DNA of 64,000 bases, from the NCBI RefSeq assembly GCF_009914755.1, contig NC_060929.1; one strand, 5' to 3'. This DNA is from the human T2T-CHM13v2.0 reference genome, Homo sapiens. The notes beneath the pieces were generated by a model, which was not told the origin of the DNA, ran no database searches, and saw nothing but the letters and a program-made list of their open reading frames with translations. The number at the start of each line of letters is the position of its first letter. Position 1 is the stretch's first letter. A program made the position numbers and the translations under genes. Positions 54,555-64,000 of the stretch are shown in pieces.

Positions 54555-54660
54555 TGTTACAAATTGTGAGGTCCTGACAAGTTGCCAATTTTCTTTGAGT
54601 TTTGTTTTCCTCATCAAAAAAATAGAAAGAATGACCTGCTTTGTTTCAAAGTATTAAATT
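54555..54660 (+). mobile_element. MIR fragment
   Basis: TGTGAGGTCCTGACAAGTTGCCAATTTTCTTTGAGTTTTGTTTTCCTCATC resembles the MIR core. Confidence 0.55.
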
Positions 54661-57600
54661 CATAAAGTATAAGTTTTTTAAAAAAGATATATAAAGCTAC
54701 AAATCACTTTTTAAAAAATCTCATTTTCTTTAAACTTTTGACTAAGGTGGGAAGTCTCCTCTCAAGCATGGTTGAACATTCAGTATCATTTTATTTGGAG
54801 AAACCACCGGTAATTAGTTCAGATTTGGAATTCATTGTCACAGCTTGTACTTTCTAAGCTCTCACCCATACGAACTGCACTCATTTCCTTTGCACAGCTT
54901 GACCTTTTCTAATTAATGCACAGGATTGCCTAACTGCAACGTGCATTGATGTGCTGTGCCTATCAGGAGCTGAAAAAGTTTCAGCTCTATAAATTTCCCA
55001 AATCTTTGCATTGGAAAAACAGATCTTTAAAATTTTAGTTTGTTGGATAGTACTCAAATTAATCTTGGCTTATTATTTCCTATTTTTCAGAAGTGAATAT
55101 TGTCTACTCTCTTTATTAATATTCTTATTCTCCTTAAATCCATGTAAGGAAAATAGCTTCATTCTTTATGATTATCCTTTTGAAATTGTGGATGCTCTTA
55201 TTGTTGCTAACAGAGGAGAGTGATGCGTTTAAAACAAAGTAAGGTGACATAAATAAAAATTATTAGGATCATCTAACAGAAAGGAATAATTTAAATCAAT
55301 ATATTTAAGTAATATATCTTATGTGTTTTCTTTCTCAATTTCTTTTTATTAAAACTTCCTAGGTGTAGAACTGGTCTTTTAGTTCTTCACAGCCAAGCAA
55401 AGGATAAGATTTAATTAAAAAATGATTGACAATTGACGATAAAACAGATCCTAAATCACAACTACTACGTAAGTCCAGGCATCTTTAGGGTCACTTAATG
55501 AGCTTCTTTTCTGGCTTTCTTCTTGCCTCCCCTCATGTGGTGGAGGCTAAGCTGTGTATTTCTTACAAGGCCTTCTGCCATCTCTTCAGAGTTCAGGTAA
55601 AATATATTCAAGAATGCCAAGTGATCATAAAACATAGGCACAGCTCAGAAAATTTGTAAGTATCCTTTTTTTTCCTCTACCGTCTTATTACCAACCAAAA
55701 TTACAATGGACGACCCAAGAAATTGCACCAGCTTTAACCTATGACTTCTATTATTCCCTGGCACATCCACGTATACATTTACAGTTTAAGAAACAATTCA
55801 GTAAATGAATCTCTTTTGATGGAAAAAATATATACAGGGTCATACTAAATTGCTGAGAGCTGACACTTATCTTGCTCTTTCCTTAGAAAAATATCCATGA
55901 CTAGGAGAAAGATGCCCTGAGAGACAGGGAGGTAATTGCTGGCTATTTTGGATGAGCTCAGCAAATTTCAAAATGGGAGTATCAGTACCGTACATCTTGT
56001 AAGAAGAGGAAACTGAAATTTATGCCCAATGTCTGGTCTCCTTTTGAAATGAAAAAAATGATAACAGAGTTTCAGATAAAGGGAGTATGACAGAATCAAC
56101 TTTTTTTTGCATTTAAATTTTCAAACATTTAATGGTGTGACGTAATATTCATGTTATATTACTAAGTAAAATAAAAGGTAATGAAATAGTATACAGAAAA
56201 ATATTATTTTTATAGAAAATATTACATAGTCACCCATATACATGGATTTTACATCTTGTTATCAAAATCTATGCATATGAAATTACTTTTAATGCTCAAA
56301 TAAACTGTATTTAATTTAAATTTAATTACTATATTTTAATTTAAATGAAGTGGTATTTCCACCAGCATGATTTTTGTTTCTTGGCACTGCCACCACTTCT
56401 TGCTTTTGGATGGTCCCTTGGGATGACTCATTCCAGCTTGCCATCCACCATTAACCCTGTGGTCTCTGCCATGATGCTTTTGCTAGTCACCTTCTGTGAC
56501 TGATGCCTACCCCTCAGAGGCTGCCTGAAGGACCCTCTGAAAAGACACTGCTAATAGTGTCCCTCATTGAACCCCAACTCCATGACAAGTGTGCTCTGTC
56601 TGAACTCTCTTAAATCTGCCATGCTCAGGAGAGAGGGCAGTGCTGGATTGCACACAGTGCTTACTGGATCAGACCTTTCCACACCACCCTGCCACAAATT
56701 GTCACTTAGGTTTCTAAGCAACACTCATCATTTCCATTGCCTACCAAATTCATAAAGGCAAAACTTTCAGCTTTTCCTTTTCAATCTCGACTATAGTGTC
56801 AACAAAGCAAAAACAAACAAAAAATTAAAAAAACTAAAACATATAAAAAAATTCATTGTCTAGCTAAACATGGAACTGTTTAGGTACAGAGCTGTGCACA
56901 TTTATATTCTGTTTAGACATTTGGTTATTTTTGTCTCCTAATAGCCACCCAAGAAAAAAGAATTTTTGAAATTAAAATAAGATATTATTCTAAGTCTTAG
57001 AATGTAATCTAACAAATATCAACATCGATTTTCTTAAACTATAATACAAATGTCTAATTCAGATTAAGATAACTTCAGTTTCTTCTCTAAAACTGTGAAT
57101 ATATAATTACTTCAAATTTATGTAATAGAATGATCATTTCAGTTGAATATTGTTTCTAATGTAAAGAAAGGATATTTTCAATTCAGAGAAAAGAATACAT
57201 AAAAAAATGTCTGGAAGAAAATACAACAGATTGAAAGTTAAACGAGCTATCTCTCAATTATAGAAGTATAATTTCTATTTCTTTTTAAATGTTCTACAAA
57301 TAACATACATTAAAATAAAAGAATGTTATTGGAATATGATTTCATATTTATATGTTATAGAATTGTGAAAATGGGAGGGGGAATGTTTGCAAATGTTTAT
57401 ACTTAGCCTGTCTCTTACTGCAATTTAGCATTCAAAGCAGTGGGATACGTGCTGTGGAGAAGGGTGAATATTCTGAAGCTTGAGTTTAATTTCAGCTCTA
57501 ATTCTTACCGCACAACTGCTAGCATTAGCATTATTTGGGCTTCTGATATCTCATCTGAAAATAGTTACAGTCAAATAGTTCAAAGGTTTTTGGCATAGTT

Positions 57601-59849
57601 AGCTGATTTACTATGTGTAAAATTTTAATTAGTTAATGTTGGAGATTATGAAGAAGATCCAGTACACTGGTTGTGTGCATAGGCCAGTGCATGAACTTAA
57701 TGGTGAGCTTAAGTCATCTGTTGAGTGCCTTTTGATGATTAACTTTGTGTACTTAGTTCTCTTCCATGATTCTGAATATACCCTCTTATATTTCAGAATC
57801 TAGATGTGGTATTTTTTCTCTATCTTTAGAGAAGAAGAAATTTCGATGTATAACATGTTTAGACAATTTTTGAAGTTCCTGTATAATTAAATTGTCCTAT
57901 TTATACATTTTCTGCCAATGCATAAATAGCTGCCACAACTGGTGTCATTTCTCACTCTTAAGTTACAATCCAGCACTCATGCTGCCTCGTACAAACCATG
58001 TATGACAGGAGAGCCATGCCACCACAGCCTCTGGAGATGCATCCTTCCTCCCTTGTTCAGCAATTAGGACAGGTTTTTCTGTGTTAATGTCAAAATCAAC
58101 TTATTTTTTTTTTAACTTTTACTTTCCCTGCACATTGTTTTTTTCTTTGCATTAGGCTGCATTACCTGATACTGCTTCAGATTCTTAGTCCCGATCAGGC
58201 AGCGGTCTCTCTTGGGTTTCCCTCCTGTTGTGATCTGCAGCCAGCTGATCACAACAGCCGGCTGTTCTTGATGGGAAATTGAACACCCCAAGGAGCCTCT
58301 GCTGGTCTGGTAGAGTAGCTAGAGCTTTTCCTAGTGTTTCTCCCATTGGGTTCTCTCTTCTTTAATTAAATATGATTGGTAATACACATAGGGACCTCAC
58401 TGCTCCACCATTCTGTTGGGAAACTACCCTGCAATCAAGAATCAAGCCAGGTGAAATAAGAGTGATCTTTTTTGTTTGTTTGTTTAATAGCTTCTCTAGA
58501 GACATGATTAGTAAAAGCTGTGATCATGTGTAGTAGTAAGAATACTGGGAAGTAAGGAAGTAGAAAAAAATGCTAGCTTTTCTCTAAAAATCTTCAACTA
58601 CATCTACAGTAGTCAAATACACTATGTAACTTCTGGTTTAGGATCATTTCAGTGTGCCTTATGAATCTCTCCAAAAAAGTACAAATTTCTCAAGGAGGAC
58701 TATATTTAAATCAGTCTGTTTCTAGGACCTTAAAAGTGTAGCTATGAAAGTCTGTTTCATACCATACTTTCTTCACTTATCTTGGTTGCTTCTTTTCAGA
58801 TATTTGCAAAATATTTGAGGAGGAATAGCAGTGAGAGCTCAACAAGTAATGCCTCTATAACAGCTTTAGATATGAAAGGAGTTAATATTTTCACTAGTGC
58901 TTTTGTTTCTAACATATCAGAAGTTTCATTCCCTTTAACCTTTGCAATCACCCTCAGTCTTTCATTTGAGAGTAAAAAGAATATAATCTTCTTGTGACTC
59001 AAGCCAGAGTGAGCACTGTTACTCTGATGACTTGAATGTGTATATAATTTTATATAATTATTTCCCATATAAAAGTTGATTTATTTTTTTTCAGCCTTTC
59101 AATATCTGTGAATTATGGCATCTTTGAAAAATGTTGCTGCTTGCTAATTACTTTGTAACATGTCATCCAGGTTCCTACAGGGTACTTGGGCAAATACAGC
59201 TTTGTTATGTTTTGCATTCCTCCTCTGACCCTCCATTCCTACTAGGTCACTTCTTTTTAGCTTATTATAGATAGTCTGTGCATGTAGGGCTGGGTGTGTG
59301 GGTTGAGATCGTTCTGACTTTTTATATATACAAATGAAAGTGGGAACAATAGTAGCAGGTAGGTTCATGATGACGAAACTAATCCTGCAGTATTTGGGTT
59401 CAGTTTTTATTTTTTATTATATTTCGTTTTTATAGTTTATTTTGCAGGTAACCAAAAGTCAGTATTTCAAAGAGTTAGGGAAAATAGAGTGCATTGATTG
59501 TCATCACTATAGGAATTCTTCAATACAAAGAATGCTGCAAATGTACTGGACATGGTGTGTTGCAAAAACTAGAAATTCATTGAGGAAATGATGGGATGTT
59601 GCCGAGAAAGATAAATATGCCTCCAGGAGGCAAAACCATCCCGTGGGTCGGGGTTCCCAGGGAGAGATGCGGCAGAAGCCAAGTAGAGCCGGGCAAGGCC
59701 AGTGGTTTCATAGACTCCTGGGCCAAAGCCACAGAATGTCAATGTGTCACAGCTCTGTTGCATTAAATGGAGCTCTTCTTTCAGGAAACCAGATAATTAT
59801 CCATGTTGGCCTCATAGGGTCTCATAAGTCATAAAATTAATATTTAACC

Positions 59850-60290
59850 TAGAAAAAACTTGAATGTCCATCAACAGTATTATATTTGAATGAATTACCA
59901 TGTATGGATACTATGCAGCCATAGATCACAATTTTGTCCACATTTTTAGTATACATAATTAGGCATCCATAGTTATGAATTTTATCCATACCTATATACA
60001 CAAGTAAACGTCTAGGACATTTTTTTCCAATGGCAAAAAGGGACAAGTTCAAAAGATACTACTTTACACATATAATATGATCATGGTTTTATAAAAAACT
60101 TAGAAAATGTCTGTGAAAAGTGAAGGAGAGAGAAAAAGAGGCATGAGAAATAAATTTCAGTCTCCAAAAATTAATTTTTTGGTGGGAAAGTAAAGAATGT
60201 AAGCAAATTATTTCTGAAGATATGTAATAAACCTTTAATTCCCAATTAGTAATATTTACTTTTTAAAATTTCAATAAAGATTATGTGAAA
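59850..60290 (+). mobile_element. L1ME-type 3' fragment
   Basis: AACTTGAATGTCCATCAACAG...GATACTATGCAGCCAT. Confidence 0.55.
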
Positions 60291-60792
60291 ATAGGAAAAT
60301 CAAGTACATATTTTATTATTTAATCATATTTATAATCTTTGCAACATAAAATCTTACAATTTATTTTAGTAAGTCGATCAAACTTTACTCTTTTCTTGGA
60401 TTTCATGTTTCAATGGCTTCAATTTATTTTATGTATCAGTGATTTACAACAGAGTTTGTTTGGGCATAAATTGAGGAATATGCCCAATATCTGACTGAAA
60501 GCAATTGCGTCAAATTCATACACTCAGCATGCAAGTAACACCACTATAAACATTGTTTATCATAATCACACTGACTTTCAAACTTAAACCATAAATCTCC
60601 TACTGACTATTTTTTCAAATATAGGACATATATTTAAACGTTCTGAAAGTGCTTTAAATAACCATTCAAATAAAAAGTGCATAATCTTACAAGATGTGAT
60701 AGTTTCAGGAGTATCAGAAATAATATTATATGTAATTTACACCTTTGGTAAAGTGTCATTCATGTTAAGAAACTACGTAGGGTATGGGATGT

Positions 60793-60832
60793 ATGTGTGT
60801 GTGTGTGTGTGCGCGCGTGCGAGAGAGAGAGC
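60793..60832. repeat. (TG)n(CG)n(AG)n microsatellite
   Basis: Seen directly; alternating purine-pyrimidine tract. Confidence 0.9.
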
Positions 60833-63179
60833 GATTACCTTAACAAAGTTTAAGAATGAAGAAAGTTTAAATGATTTTTCTGGCTAAGGGTACATTCTTA
60901 GTGCTTATGACTTCTCAATGAAAGGATTATTAATGAATCCGAAATGGTTACAAAATTGAATCTAAAATGATCTCTTATATTCTCTTCATGAAGTTGTAAT
61001 TTATATTTCATTATGCATTAAAATTAATAATAGTACATTTTAGACATTTGTTACACTTGAGTTAATATAATTATGTAGTCTTTATAACAAATGCTACCCA
61101 CCACTCTTCTCCAACTCCTATCACTCGATAAAAAAATTAACTGATGATTTGAAAAAAATGATACACGCAGACGCACATACACACACACACACACAGACAG
61201 AGGGTGAAGTTTAATTTTTAAGTTACAAACTCATGCGTGGTGTTCATTCTTTGTGTTGAAAATATAATCAATTTTGCTAGTTCTGATTCAGATGAATTAG
61301 TTCTTCATAAGCTTTGATGGGGATATCGCTTAGTAGATTAATGTAACTTCAGCCCATTACACATAATGGTGGTCAAATTAATTCACTAAAACTTTGACCA
61401 CATTCTAGATAGTAAAGCAAGAAAAAATTAATCAGCTTGGGGCTGTGCATCATATTACATGTAGAAGTAATCATATAAGTGTAAATTATGCACATTATTT
61501 CTATGCCATTTCAAAATAGTAGAAAATATAATGTGCAGTTTCACCAGTGTAAATTATGTAATTATTGGAGTGTTTCATTATATACCAATTCTATTATAAA
61601 ATAATCAAATGGTTATAACAAATTGCGCAATCATGTTCCTTATCACTGAGGGAAATGTACTTTGATACATTCATTAATGAGAGCACTATAATTTCAACTA
61701 CAAGAAAGAAAAGTGTTACAAAGGTATTTGGTAAATTAGGTTAGCAACATGAGTACAGTTAATTTGATAAATTTTAGTCTGTTAAATGTGTTAGTTGAGA
61801 AGATGAGATGAATCCAAAGATGCAATCATAAATTTGTTAAATTATGTTTAGAACATATATTTATTTATGACTTTGATTCAAGACCATTGTATTCACAGTT
61901 TCCACTATTTCTGATTCACCAACTTTGGATGTATCCCACTGAATATGACAGAACAGTGGAAAGCATTGCAGAATAAAGCAAAAGGCCCTCTAATTTCAGA
62001 CAGATGCTCCCCTCAGTCTGTTTAAAACTTTGAGCAATTCACGTAATCAAATATCTTTCTTAAAGTATAAGTGGAAATAGAAGAATAAACATCAAAATTT
62101 GAATAAATTAAATGGCAGACAACCTATGAAAAATATAATTTTTCTAGAGCTCTTGACAAATATCTATCAGAGGGTAAGAATGCTTTAATGTTGTTAAAAT
62201 TAAAAAGAATACCAAGCTTTGGTTTCCACATTGTCTATCGTTTACTCAGTATCAAGCTGTATTTTAAACATGTGTTATATTTATGTAACACTTGTGTTTC
62301 ATTACAATCTTCTCAGTCATCTATTCACCCATCCATGTATTAACTAATGCATTCGTGCTGTATCCTAAAATATTAATATTTGTGCTATTCCTGAACATCT
62401 TTATAAATGATGTTCTACTCACCTTGCTCTAGATGGATTATGGTTGACTTGCTGAGAATGTGGAGATTAAAGCCATAAATATTGATATTTTGACTACCTA
62501 CATAAGTTCATGAAAATAAACCATAAAATACCAAGAGAATCAAGAAATAATATATTCTTTTGAAATGAAAATAAAGGTATACCTTTAGCTATCCCTGCTG
62601 TTCCACTGGAGACTAGATGAGGGATTTGTAGATTGGGAGACATGAAGAGAAATAAATGGGTCATGGCTTTAGATGAGGTCACCGCAGGAGCTGACAACAA
62701 TGGAGTTTCTCAGGTGATCAAAGGAATAAAGAATAGAGACAAGGATAGGCTGCTGAACAAGATTCATCAATCGTCAGAGCCCAGTGGGGCTGAAGCTGCA
62801 TCTGCACATCACCAACTAGCATTGAGGGTGCACCTCTTGTTTCCCATTGTTATCTACTGGAGCTATTCTTCCCTTTGGAGTAGGAATGACCTTCTCCCAA
62901 GAGCTGGCACCAAGTCATGTTTCTTGCATGTTATGGATCATGCAAGAAAACTACCCCTATGTCCTGAGACTTGGCTAAGACCATCCTGTTTGTACATCTG
63001 CCTCACCCTACTTTTTTTTAATCACCCAGGACATATGAAATGTCATTACAGAAGTGTTTTTAACTAAGAAAGACTCTGATGAAGAGCAAAGGAAAACATC
63101 ACAACATCTCCTTATTAATGAAACACTTTCTTATTGCTCATTCAATAAATATATTTTGATCAACTTTATATCTAAACCT

Positions 63180-63393
63180 GGAAGGAACAAGCAACACTAT
63201 GAGAATAAAGCCTTTGATCCTAGAGTTGCGAAGAACTGACTAATGCCAATAACCTGAGTGAGATTGAAAGTAAGTCCATCCCCAGTAGATAAACCAATGC
63301 TTGAATCCTGTTCACAAAAACTATGAAAATAAATATGTGTTGATTTAAAGTACTAACTTTATGGCAATAGGTATATATTGTAATAAATAATAC
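63180..63393 (+). mobile_element. MLT1 LTR 3' fragment
   Basis: GCCAATAACCTGAGTGAG...AACTATGAAAATAAATATGTGTTGATTTAAAG...TAATACA. Confidence 0.6.
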
Positions 63394-64000
63394 ATTTTCT
63401 CAACTTTTTCATGTTGAGGTTTTCATTAATAGTGGCATTTAACTGACAGCTATTCATGAAATGTCCCCCATTGCCATTTTAAAATGCTTATTACTGAAAT
63501 GCATGCCTCATACTCATATACAGAAATATGTCACAACACTGCAAACAAAAACAAAAACATCCAATAAGCTTTCAGGATAATATCTTTTCGAAAATTAAAT
63601 CATAATAACATCTGGTTTGAAGCAATACTTATTTATGGCTTACGACTCTATGACAATTTTATGTAGTTTCCAGACACAGGACGCAACCCTCCCCCACCCA
63701 ACATTTATTTTTCAGTTGAGACTGATAATAGAGCATACAAGAGAATACTATAAGGCATATTACTCATATAATGAGGATTTGGGGGAGAGCAGGGCAGGAA
63801 AATCTTTGAAACTGGTCTAAAAATGGCTCAAGAGTGCATGAAAAGGAGCCTGCTTGGAGTTTTTATGGTAGGCACAGAGTGGGGCCAGGGCCAGCTCTCC
63901 ATCTGTGTGCAGGGGATTATATGGTTTGATTTCCTGGCAGTTCCACAGGAGGGAACACACAGATAATCTCATCAGCTTTCCCAGATTAGAGGCAGAAGTG

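Noticed and set aside
62633-63067. 144-aa ORF
   Set aside because: Non-ATG start, no recognisable domain, begins in L2-like sequence
63690-64000. Possible old LTR fragment at the window end
   Set aside because: Too diverged and truncated to name from sequence alone

Overview
AT-rich primate (human-like) genomic DNA from a gene desert or large intron. No host protein-coding exon, tRNA, rRNA or CRISPR array is recognisable. Nearly all ORFs in the supplied track are by-products of Alu, L1, LTR or microsatellite sequence. The window is a nested fossil record of transposons. (1) An old two-LTR class I provirus (LTR37-like, minus strand, ~2.7-16.4 kb) in which gag, RT, integrase and env remnants can still be read, interrupted by AluY, THE1, two L1s, MSTB, a full-length Hsmar1 and AluJ. 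(2) An LTR16/ERVL remnant. (3) A full-length Tigger1 interrupted by an Alu and a MER11 solo LTR. (4) A two-LTR MER57-like provirus with an env remnant. (5) Many Alu, L1, L2, MIR and MaLR copies. The last ~11.5 kb is mostly unique sequence and holds the least explained signals: a 60-bp near-perfect dispersed duplication (templated-insertion-like), a GC-richer segment with nested, mutually exclusive inverted repeats just behind a strong splice acceptor (~58.15-58.31 kb), candidate non-coding exons and enhancer-like motif clusters. I cannot support a clearly new biological system; these are leads. Repeat subfamily names come from recall of consensus sequences, and boundaries of old repeats are approximate.
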